Assembly (NCBI RefSeq): GCF_030717955.1
Contig: NZ_JAUZVY010000001.1
Location: 211,597-235,596 of the forward strand
DNA from: Alkalimonas delamerensis
GTDB lineage: Bacteria > Pseudomonadota > Gammaproteobacteria > Enterobacterales > Alteromonadaceae
Length of the DNA stretch: 24,000 nucleotides
Direction of reading: 5' to 3'
Part shown: in pieces, positions 15,644 through 22,816 of the stretch
How positions within the stretch are numbered: position 1 is the stretch's first letter
How the letters are laid out: each line of letters starts with the position of its first letter
Notes under the pieces: model-generated
Databases searched by the model: none
The model's input: only the letters and a program-made list of their open reading frames with translations
Told to the model about the DNA's origin: nothing
Position numbers and translations under genes: made by a program

Positions 15644-16771
15644 CTACCAGTCTATCCGCTTACCGATAACATTGGTTGGGATGACGTCACCATAAGTGAT
15701 GCTAATGGGGCGTTCTGGCGCTGGCCAGAGTGCGATCGTGTTGGCGATATCATGCTTAGCAGTTGCATGATCGCCTGCCGGGACGACAAAGGCTTTCAAG
15801 CGTCTTTTCGCATTGAGCCCTGTGGGACGTATTTCGCAGTCCTGTACGCTACTTAACGCTCGTAAACGACTGGCAATATAGCTTGGGCTGACATTGACGC
15901 CAGCAATGCTGATGGTGTCATCCAGCCTCCCTTGCAGCTCAAAAGCGCATTCGTTGAGCCAGTGCAGCTGATCCATCAATGGGGTCATGGTACTATCCCC
16001 CCGACGTTGAATATGCTGGTTGTCAAAACGCTGCCAGTGCGACAGTAGCTGATAGTTTGATTCAGGCCGCCAGCGCGTAGCGACACCGCCCGTTTCTGTA
16101 CTGCCGTAAATATCTAGCAAACCAATCAATCCCTGTTGCAGCAAGCTGGCTACAGTGGCGTCGCTGAGTGGTGCAGTAGAGCTAACGCCAAGTATCTGTG
16201 CCGGCCAGGCTTTGCCCGTTCGTGCCAGATAGTCCCAGCGAGGTGGCACAGTCACTAGCAGATCACCACTTAGCACTTCAGGTAAAGTTTGGTTGCCATA
16301 AATCCGTGGCACTTTGGCGTAGGCGGGCAATGCTACCGCCAGCATAAAGCCGTACAGGTGATGCAGTGGCAGCCAGCTCACAACACGCTGGATAGGCTGC
16401 TTTGCTGTCAGTCGCTCAGCCAATGCAGCGGCTTCCGTTTCAATCTGCCGCCAGGTGTGAACGTGAGGGGTTGGAGAGCCAGTGCTGCCAGAGGTTCTGA
16501 AAGTAAGCCCCGAAGTTTCGCTAATGGCTGCTGCTATCAATGCTGCCCATTCATCCAGGCTTTTGGTCATCAACAACCGATCTTCTGCCCCGGTTTCATG
16601 CAAACGGAAAAACTCGTTGACGCAGCTGGCAAGATGCAGCCGCTCCAATGAATCGAGCTCCGATGGCTGTTGCCCATCGGGGATGGGCGCTCCACGGTAC
16701 GCGCTCAACTCTGCCCGTACAAAATCGTTTAAAACAGCTTTACAGTCTGTGATGGTGAGCCAGCTTGGCAT
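15644..16771 (-). CDS. pcl: p-Coumaroyl-CoA ligase (short adenylate-forming enzyme) for PYP chromophore activation
   Basis: 375 aa from ATG 16771 (AAGGA 6 nt upstream). The ORF-track ATG at 16789 has a pyrimidine-rich upstream region with no RBS. ANL-superfamily motifs are FRTSGSTGSPT, DIYGSTETGG, ISIAGVNVSPSYI and C-terminal IGKRIDW. It lies between pyp and tal, with a 22-nt gap to tal. Confidence 0.85.
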   Translation of the reverse strand: MPSWLTITDCKAVLNDFVRAELSAYRGAPIPDGQQPSELDSLERLHLASCVNEFFRLHETGAEDRLLMTKSLDEWAALIAAAISETSGLTFRTSGSTGSPTPHVHTWRQIETEAAALAERLTAKQPIQRVVSWLPLHHLYGFMLAVALPAYAKVPRIYGNQTLPEVLSGDLLVTVPPRWDYLARTGKAWPAQILGVSSTAPLSDATVASLLQQGLIGLLDIYGSTETGGVATRWRPESNYQLLSHWQRFDNQHIQRRGDSTMTPLMDQLHWLNECAFELQGRLDDTISIAGVNVSPSYIASRLRALSSVQDCEIRPTGLNAKRRLKAFVVPAGDHATAKHDIANTIALWPAPERPISITYGDVIPTNVIGKRIDW

Positions 16772-16810
16772 CGCAGATCCTTGATGCATGCAAGAGGGGT
16801 AAGGCGAAGT

Positions 16811-16832
16811 CTGGCTGCTAACCGGTAGCCAG
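16811..16832 (-). other. Intercistronic stem-loop between pyp and pcl
   Basis: The minus-strand RNA reads CUGGCU-accgguuagc-AGCCAG, a 6-bp stem. An alternative pairing is GCUGCU...AGCAGC. No U-run follows, so it is not a canonical terminator. Confidence 0.35.
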
Positions 16833-16852
16833 GTCAGCAGCTTTGAGTTGAT

Positions 16853-17236
16853 TTACAGTCGTTTGACAAAAATCCAGTAGCTATCACCAGCCATCGCTTT
16901 TTTCATGTGGACTTTTACTTTGGTGGGTTTCATCTGGTAATCAAAGACGTATTCAAACATGGTGTTCAGATTGCCGTTTTGAACCCCTTCTTTAAAACGC
17001 CCCTGAAACTCTTTGCTTTGGGTACATGGCGCCACGCTGGTAAAAAAGTTCTTACCAATGACGCTTTTCGGGTCACGACCGGTAATATCGCCTTCGGCAG
17101 CATTGTATTGCAGGATTTTACCACTAGCATCGAGTTGGATGGCACCAAAGGCGAGCTTATCGAGGCTTTGGTCATCCATCTTTGCCAGTGAGTTTTCGAT
17201 GTCATCGCCGCCGAAACGAATAGTTTCTAATGTCAT
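16853..17236 (-). CDS. pyp: Photoactive yellow protein (PAS-fold blue-light photoreceptor)
   Basis: 127 aa from ATG 17236 (AAGGT 7 nt upstream). The ORF-track start 17242 is a TTG two codons earlier. [127 protein letters not shown] aligns without gaps to Halorhodospira halophila PYP as I recall it. The chromophore Cys (codon 17024..17026) and the Tyr42, Glu46, Thr50, Arg52 and Met100 equivalents are all conserved. Confidence 0.95.
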   Translation of the reverse strand: MTLETIRFGGDDIENSLAKMDDQSLDKLAFGAIQLDASGKILQYNAAEGDITGRDPKSVIGKNFFTSVAPCTQSKEFQGRFKEGVQNGNLNTMFEYVFDYQMKPTKVKVHMKKAMAGDSYWIFVKRL

Positions 17237-17271
17237 AGACAATACCTTATCTGTTGGTGATGCTCATTAAA

Positions 17272-17335
17272 GTTAGCTTACGACCAGCGCGTTAAAAGCG
17301 TCTAATATTTAGTAGTTGGCAGAATTTAAGCTAAC
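17272..17335. promoter_or_regulatory. 9-bp inverted repeat GTTAGCTTA / TAAGCTAAC (46-nt spacer) plus a tandem TTAGCT half-site in the AT-rich pyp upstream region
   Basis: GTTAGCTTA is at 17272..17280 and TAAGCTAAC at 17327..17335. An adjacent AGCTAA at 17337..17342 gives a second half-site. The nearest arm is 36 nt upstream of the pyp ATG. No clear sigma70 hexamers were found. Confidence 0.35.
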
Positions 17336-17442
17336 AGCTAAACATAAGCATAGCACATAACTTCACCCTACTTGCTTGTGTTTTAACGGGTCTGTGCGAG
17401 CCGGTTTTTTGTGTTTGGTCCAAAAGCGATATGGAGCTGGAT

Positions 17443-19617
17443 CTAAGACAGATCAATCGGATCCACATCCAGTTGCCAGCGCAGCTTGCGTGTCAGTGAC
17501 CAGCTTTGACTGGCGTCAATCAGTTGATCAAGCAGTTGGTGCAGGCCTGCGCGGCTGGCGCTGTAACAATGAAGTTGCCAGCGGTACTTGCCGGCTTTGC
17601 GCTCCAATGGCGCTCGGATTGGGCCCAGCAACTGCACCTGCGGCGCCTGGACCTTTGCCAGTGCAACCAACTGGTGCAGCCACTGCTGTGGCAGCTCATC
17701 CTGATGAGCCTCGGCCCGCAGCAGCGCCAAAAACTGGTAAGGGGGCAGTTGGGTTTGTTCGCGCTCGCTCAGTGCCAGTCGGGCAAAGGACGGGTAGCCG
17801 TTGTGAATGATGTCCTGCAAGATGCCATGGTCCGGGTAACGGCTTTGCAGCAGCACCTTGCCGGCATGTTGCGCCCGGCCGGCGCGGCCAGCCACCTGGG
17901 TGATTAATTGCGCCAGCTGCTCCGGTGCCCGAAAATCGCTGCTAAACAGAGCACCATCGACATCCACAATCACCACCAGGGTGACTTTGGGAAAGTGATG
18001 GCCTTTGGCCAGCATCTGGGTGCCAACAATCAGCTGGGGGCCGCCTTCGGTAATGTGTTGCAGGGCTTCGGCCAGACTGCCTTTGCGCCGGGTGCTGTCG
18101 CGATCCAGCCGCACCACCGGAACATCCGGAAACATCGGTTGCAGCTGAGCTTCCAGTTGCTCGGTGCCCTGACCCAGTGGCACCAGCCGGGTACTGCCGC
18201 AGTGGCCACATTGGCGGGGGACCGGTCGGCTGCTGCCGCAGTGGTGGCAGTTGAGCTGGCGATCCTGCTTGTGCCAGGTCATGCTGGCATCGCAGCGCTG
18301 GCAATCGGCCACCCAGCCGCATTCATCGCACGACAAAGCCGGGGCGAAGCCACGCCGGTTTAAAAACAGCATCACCTGAAAGCCTTGTTGCAGGGTCTGT
18401 TTGATTTGCTGAATGGTGCTTTCGGCCAGGCCAAAGTGGACCGGTTGTTGCTGCAGATCAATCAGCTCCAGGCCAGGCAACTGTTGGCCACTGGCCCGGT
18501 TGTGCAGTTGCAGCAGTTGGAAGCGGCCTTGCAGTGCATTGTGCAGGCTTTCCAGGCTGGGCGTGGCCGAGCCTAACACCACCGGGCATTGCTCCAGTGC
18601 TGCTCGTTTTACTGCCAGATCGCGGGCGTGGTAGCGAAAGCCATCCTGTTGCTTCAGCGAAGGATCGTGCTCTTCATCCACCACGATCATGCCCAGTTTG
18701 GCAAAACGCAAAAACAAAGCCGAGCGGGTGCCAATGACAATGGCCGCACTGCCGGTGGCGGCATGCTGCCAGCAGGCCAATCGCTCGGTATCGGTAAGCC
18801 CGGAATGCCAGCTAAGTACCGGCACGGCAAAGCGGCGGGAGAAGCGCGCCAGGGTTTGCGGCGTCAGGCCGATTTCTGGTACCAGCACCAGTACCTGCTT
18901 GCCTTGTGTCAGCAGCGGGGCGATGCTTTGCAGATAGACTTCGGTTTTGCCAGAGCCGGTGATCCCTTCCAGCAAAAAAGGCTGAAAGCGTCCCTGAGCC
19001 TGCACGATGGCAGAGACCGCCAATGCCTGATCGGTGGTGAGCGTCAGCCCGGATTGCGGCGTTAACAGCGGCTGGTAGGGGGCAAAGGGCTTTTCTTTCT
19101 GGCTGACCAGGCCTTTTTGCCGCAGGGCCTTGAGTGCCGGCCGTTGTTCGCTTTGGATGGCCGTCTCATCCAGCGCCTGCTGCTGCAGTTGTTGCCACAG
19201 TGCCTGCTGTTTGGGGGCCCGGGCTAAATCGCCTGCGCTTAGTGCCTGGCCTGCGTCGCTCAGCTGGTAGTGGATGCTTTGATGGGCCGGCAGGGCTTTG
19301 CCTTCGCGCAACAAGGCCGGGATGGCGGCCACCAGCACTTCGCCCAGTGGATGGTGGTAATAATCGGCGGCAAAAGAAAGCAGTTGGCACAAGGCTGCGG
19401 ACAGCACCGGGCTGGGGTCCAGCACCTCCAGCACCTCTTTTAAGGCATCGGAGCTAAAGCCATCGCTGGGTTCCAGCTGCCAGGCAATGCCAATCAGTTC
19501 GCGCTTGCCAAAAGGCACCCGCACCCGACAGCCCACCTGCACCTGCATGCCGGCAGCAAGCAGGTAATCGAAGGATTGACGCAAAGGGACTGGCAAAGCA
19601 ACCCGGATCACTGGCAC
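17443..19617 (-). CDS. priA: Primosomal replication-restart helicase PriA
   Basis: 724 aa from GTG 19617 (AGAGG about 10 nt upstream), giving (M)PVIRVALPVPLRQSFDYLL, matching E. coli [20 protein letters not shown]. The ORF-track ATG 19743 adds 42 non-conserved residues. It has Walker A GITGSGKTEVY, DEEH, and the Cys-rich zinc region CDECGWVADCQRCDASMTWH...CHHCGS...CGHCGS. Confidence 0.93.
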   Translation of the reverse strand: MPVIRVALPVPLRQSFDYLLAAGMQVQVGCRVRVPFGKRELIGIAWQLEPSDGFSSDALKEVLEVLDPSPVLSAALCQLLSFAADYYHHPLGEVLVAAIPALLREGKALPAHQSIHYQLSDAGQALSAGDLARAPKQQALWQQLQQQALDETAIQSEQRPALKALRQKGLVSQKEKPFAPYQPLLTPQSGLTLTTDQALAVSAIVQAQGRFQPFLLEGITGSGKTEVYLQSIAPLLTQGKQVLVLVPEIGLTPQTLARFSRRFAVPVLSWHSGLTDTERLACWQHAATGSAAIVIGTRSALFLRFAKLGMIVVDEEHDPSLKQQDGFRYHARDLAVKRAALEQCPVVLGSATPSLESLHNALQGRFQLLQLHNRASGQQLPGLELIDLQQQPVHFGLAESTIQQIKQTLQQGFQVMLFLNRRGFAPALSCDECGWVADCQRCDASMTWHKQDRQLNCHHCGSSRPVPRQCGHCGSTRLVPLGQGTEQLEAQLQPMFPDVPVVRLDRDSTRRKGSLAEALQHITEGGPQLIVGTQMLAKGHHFPKVTLVVIVDVDGALFSSDFRAPEQLAQLITQVAGRAGRAQHAGKVLLQSRYPDHGILQDIIHNGYPSFARLALSEREQTQLPPYQFLALLRAEAHQDELPQQWLHQLVALAKVQAPQVQLLGPIRAPLERKAGKYRWQLHCYSASRAGLHQLLDQLIDASQSWSLTRKLRWQLDVDPIDLS

Positions 19618-19731
19618 GGCTAAGGTTACCTCTGACTGTGGCCTGGGCCACCGATGAATGAAGCTATTAGTGTATCGACAGGGGCCCTGGCTTCGCAACC
19701 GAAAAAGCACGGAGAATCCTGCAGTCGGCGC

Positions 19732-19760
19732 TTGCATGGCCATGGCAGATCGAATAAACT
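19732..19760 (+). promoter_or_regulatory. Possible sigma70 promoter of rpmE (TTGCAT, 17-nt spacer, TAAACT)
   Basis: TTGCAT is at 19732..19737 and TAAACT at 19755..19760. This would give a leader of about 80 nt before ATG 19845. Sequence match only. Confidence 0.3.
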
Positions 19761-19844
19761 ACGCGCCCTAATTGAACTGTAACCGCGTATGGTGCCCGGC
19801 GTTTAGCGACCAGGTGGCGATACGGCCTTAAACTGAGGTAACCC

Positions 19845-20057
19845 ATGAAACCAGGAATTCACCCAGAATACCAAGAAATTACGGCAACCTGTACTTGCGG
19901 TAATACGTTTAAAACCCGTTCAGCCCTGTGCAAAGACATCCATTTGGACGTCTGCTCTGCCTGCCACCCATTCTACACCGGCAAGCAAAAAGTACTGGAC
20001 GTTGGTGGTCGTGTTGATCGCTTCAAGAAGCGTTTCAGCATGGGCAGCAAGCGTTAA
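19845..20057 (+). CDS. rpmE: 50S ribosomal protein L31 (zinc-binding type A)
   Basis: 70 aa, [22 protein letters not shown]...[15 protein letters not shown]...[10 protein letters not shown], with the CxC...CxxC zinc motif. GAGG lies 7 nt upstream. It is divergent from priA, as in E. coli. Confidence 0.97.
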   Translation: MKPGIHPEYQEITATCTCGNTFKTRSALCKDIHLDVCSACHPFYTGKQKVLDVGGRVDRFKKRFSMGSKR

Positions 20058-20073
20058 TCGCGCTTTGCACCGA

Positions 20074-20103
20074 CAAAAAAAGCACCTGCGGGTGCTTTTT
20101 TTG
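20074..20103. terminator. Bidirectional rho-independent terminator shared by rpmE and srmB
   Basis: AAAAAAA-AGCACC-tgcg-GGTGCT-TTTTTTT: a perfect 6-bp GC-rich stem (20081..20086 with 20091..20096) and a 4-nt loop, flanked by an A-run and a T-run. It starts 17 nt after the rpmE stop. Confidence 0.85.
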
Positions 20104-20130
20104 TGCCTGTAGTTGCGAGCTTACAGTAAG

Positions 20131-20148
20131 CCCGGCACATTTGCCGGG
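20131..20148 (-). other. Second perfect hairpin just downstream of srmB
   Basis: CCCGGCA-catt-TGCCGGG (7 bp, 4-nt loop) lies 26 nt after the srmB stop. It has no U-run, so it may act as a 3' stabiliser or pause ahead of the true terminator. Confidence 0.4.
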
Positions 20149-20173
20149 ACTGCTCAGTGTTTGTTATCACAAC

Positions 20174-21394
20174 TTACTTTTTCGATTTGCCAGCTGTTGA
20201 TGCTTTTTTCTTGCCCGTTGGCTTTTTCTTTTTCACCGGCACCCGGGCTTCTTTGTGTTTTGGTCGTAGGCCTTCAATAAAACGCCGTTTCAGCTTTTGC
20301 TCGGTGTAGCGCTCAATTTTGCTTAAAATCGCCATATCGTGCGCTTCGACCAGCGAGATGGCAGTGCCTTTTTTGCCGGCCCGGCCGGTGCGGCCAATGC
20401 GGTGGACATAGATGTCGGCGGTGCGCGGCATATCGTAGTTGATGACATGGCTGATGTCGTCGATGTCCAGGCCGCGGGCGGCGACGTCGGTGGCCAGCAA
20501 CACCGGCACCTGACCTTGCTGAAAACGGAAGATAGCTTGCTGACGCTTATCGAGCGCCATTTCGCCCTGCAGCCAGGCATTGCGAATGCCAGCGGTTTGC
20601 AGCTGACCGGTCAGTTGCGCCAGTCGCTCCCGGGTTTTTACGAATACGATGGCCTTTTGCACCTCATCTTGCTGCAAAATGTGGGTCAGCAGCGCCAGTT
20701 TGTGGGTGTTGTCGTCCGCCAGATGGATCCACTGGGTGATCTTGCCGCGTTCACGCCGTGGGGGCTCGGCTTCAATTCGCTCGGGTTCATGCAGGGAGTG
20801 ACCGGCAAAACGCTCCAGATTAGCGCCTTCCAGGGTGGCGGAAAACAGCATGCTTTGCTTGCGTTGCCGCGCTTCGAGCACAATGCGGTTCATTTCACCA
20901 ATAAAGCCCATATCCAGCATGCGGTCGGCTTCATCGAGGATCAGCACTTCAACCTGATCGGCCTGAAACTTTTCGTTGTCGAGGTACTCGGTTAAGCGCC
21001 CTGGGGTAGCAACCAGCAGATCGTTGTTCTTGGTCAGCACCTCGGTGTGGCTGCCGTAATTAATGCCGCCGGTAATCACACCGGCGTTGAGTTCGGTAAA
21101 CTGAATCAGCTTCTGAATTTCCTGATGGATTTGGTAGGCGAGCTCACGGGTTGGCGTCATAATCAGCACCCTGGCAAAACCGGGCGAGCGGCGCGGGAAA
21201 TCCAGCAGGTACTGAATGGCCGGAATCAAAAATGCCAGGGTTTTGCCGGTGCCGGTCGGGGCCGAGGCCAGAATATCGCGTGCTTCCAGTGCAAAAGGCA
21301 GCACCTGTTGCTGGATCTGGGTGGCTTGTTTAAAACCACATTTGTGCAAGGCCCGGTTTAGGGCCGGGTGCAGATCAAATTCATCAAATTGCAT
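20174..21394 (-). CDS. srmB: DEAD-box ATP-dependent RNA helicase, SrmB type
   Basis: 406 aa with the Q-motif GFKQATQIQ, then SAPTGTGKT, PTRELA, DEADRMLDMGF, SAT, HRIGRTGRAG and a lysine-rich tail. It is colinear with E. coli SrmB (LLDFPRR, ISLVEAHD) and divergent from a yfiC homologue, as in E. coli. Confidence 0.85.
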   Translation of the reverse strand: MQFDEFDLHPALNRALHKCGFKQATQIQQQVLPFALEARDILASAPTGTGKTLAFLIPAIQYLLDFPRRSPGFARVLIMTPTRELAYQIHQEIQKLIQFTELNAGVITGGINYGSHTEVLTKNNDLLVATPGRLTEYLDNEKFQADQVEVLILDEADRMLDMGFIGEMNRIVLEARQRKQSMLFSATLEGANLERFAGHSLHEPERIEAEPPRRERGKITQWIHLADDNTHKLALLTHILQQDEVQKAIVFVKTRERLAQLTGQLQTAGIRNAWLQGEMALDKRQQAIFRFQQGQVPVLLATDVAARGLDIDDISHVINYDMPRTADIYVHRIGRTGRAGKKGTAISLVEAHDMAILSKIERYTEQKLKRRFIEGLRPKHKEARVPVKKKKPTGKKKASTAGKSKK

Positions 21395-21468
21395 GCAAAA
21401 CTCTCTTGGTGGTGGTCGGCCTGTGCGTTTTCCCTGGCGGTCAGGGTATACTGTGCCCCGGAGGCGTC

Positions 21469-22176
21469 ATGGCAGCAGGTTTTCAGTGTAAACAATTTTT
21501 TATCGGTCACCAGCATTGCGCAATGAAAGTCGGCACAGATGCCTTCTTGCTGGGCGCCTGGGCGGTTCTGCCCGAGCGTGGTGCTGTGCTCGATATTGGC
21601 TGCGGCAGTGGCATTCTTAGTCTGATGCTGGCACAGCGCAGCCAGGGCCTGCGGCCTGTTACTGCGCTGGATCTCGATGCCGGTGCCGTGCAGCAAAGCC
21701 GTGTTAATGTGGCGGCCAGCCCCTGGCCATCAGCCATACAAGTGCTGCAACAGGATATTCTAACCCATCAGCCGCCAGAGCGTTACTCTTTGCAGATCTG
21801 CAATCCACCTTATTTTCATCAGGCACTGCCAAGTCAAGACCAGGCAAGGCAGCGCGCACGCCACAGCAGCAGTTTGCCCTGGCCGGCTTTGCTGCAAAAA
21901 ACAGCGCAACTGAGCGAGGCGGACGGTAGCCTGGCCCTGGTGGTGCCGACAGACAACCTGACCCTGTTGTTGGCGCTGGCGGCCGATTCCGGTTGGCAGC
22001 TGCAGCGGCTGTGCCGGGTGAAAGCCTTGCCGGATAAAGCTCCGGGCCGGGCCTTGGTGCAGCTGGTGCGTCAGCCGGTGGTGGCCGAGCTCACTGAGCT
22101 GTGCATTGCGACAGCGCCGGGCCATTACAGCCAAAACTACCGGGAGCTCTTGCAGCACTTTTATCTGAATTTTTAA
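21469..22176 (+). CDS. trmN6: tRNA1(Val) (adenine37-N6)-methyltransferase
   Basis: 235 aa from ATG 21469 (GGAGG 5 nt upstream). The ORF-track start 21406 adds 21 residues. FQCKQFFIGHQHCAMKVGTDAFLLGAW, the SAM motif LDIGCGSGILSLMLAQR, the catalytic NPPY (ICNPPYF) and the C-terminal FYLNF match E. coli YfiC. Confidence 0.85.
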   Translation: MAAGFQCKQFFIGHQHCAMKVGTDAFLLGAWAVLPERGAVLDIGCGSGILSLMLAQRSQGLRPVTALDLDAGAVQQSRVNVAASPWPSAIQVLQQDILTHQPPERYSLQICNPPYFHQALPSQDQARQRARHSSSLPWPALLQKTAQLSEADGSLALVVPTDNLTLLLALAADSGWQLQRLCRVKALPDKAPGRALVQLVRQPVVAELTELCIATAPGHYSQNYRELLQHFYLNF

Positions 22177-22692
22177 TTAAAGCGCTTCCAGCTCCGCCAG
22201 CAACTGGTCCACCCATTGCTTTAAGCGTGCATCGGTTTGTTCGTACTGGTTTTCGTCATCCAGTGCCAGACCGAAAAACCACTGACCATCGTCCGTTAAA
22301 GCTTTGGACGCTTCAAACTCGTAGCCCTGATTGGGCCAGAATCCAATGCGATCGCAACGGTTGTGGCTGATGGCATGATGCAACATGCCCAATGCATCCT
22401 GAAACCATTCGGTGTAGCCAATTTGATCGCCCATGCCATACAGTGCGATCACTTTGTCATTGAGATCCAAGTCGGCAATATCGGCCCAGCATGCTTCCCA
22501 GTCTTCCTGCAGTTCGCCAAAGTCCCAGGTGGAAATGCCCAGGATTAGAATGTCGTAATCCTGCATTTTGCCAAGCGGGGTATCTTTCAAGTTGTGCAGG
22601 GCCACCAGCTCAGGCCCCAACAGCTGCTGAATTTTCTCGGCCACCATTTCGGTGTAACAAGTGGTGGAACCATAAAAGAGCCCTATCTGCAT
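22177..22692 (-). CDS. fldB: Flavodoxin 2
   Basis: 171 aa from ATG 22692 (GGAGAA upstream). MQIGLFYGSTTCYTEMVAEKIQQLLGPELVALHNLKD...ILGISTWDFGELQEDWEA is colinear with E. coli FldB. The ORF-track start 22734 adds 14 residues. It is divergent from xerD, as in E. coli. Confidence 0.92.
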   Translation of the reverse strand: MQIGLFYGSTTCYTEMVAEKIQQLLGPELVALHNLKDTPLGKMQDYDILILGISTWDFGELQEDWEACWADIADLDLNDKVIALYGMGDQIGYTEWFQDALGMLHHAISHNRCDRIGFWPNQGYEFEASKALTDDGQWFFGLALDDENQYEQTDARLKQWVDQLLAELEAL

Positions 22693-22816
22693 GGGCTGTT
22701 TCTCCAGGCGTTGTGCAAAGGCGCAGTGTAGCAAAACTGCCGCAGTGGCAAAAGCTGCACGAACACTTTGTCCGCAAGCGGCATCGCGTTAAACTAAGGT
22801 CATTGAACCTAAGACG

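Noticed and set aside
14000-17280. A shared 8-mer, TTAGCTTA on the minus strand, just downstream of tal (14000..14007) and upstream of pyp (17273..17280). It could be a target-site duplication flanking an inserted PYP cassette.
   Set aside because: An 8-mer shared between two intergenic stretches of 100-200 bp is roughly what chance predicts, about 0.5-1 match when both strands are considered. There are no longer flanking repeats, integrase or tRNA. I kept it only as a note under the synteny finding.
17384-17409. AACGGG-tctgtgcgag-CCGGTT followed by TTTTTT on the + strand, which looks like a terminator.
   Set aside because: The stem has a central G-G mismatch, so only 5 of 6 positions pair around a 10-nt loop. 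No + strand gene ends upstream of it. On the priA strand the T-run is on the wrong side, so it cannot serve as the priA terminator.
20339-20995. A 218-aa + strand ORF.
   Set aside because: It is antisense to the DEAD-box helicase core and has no independent support.
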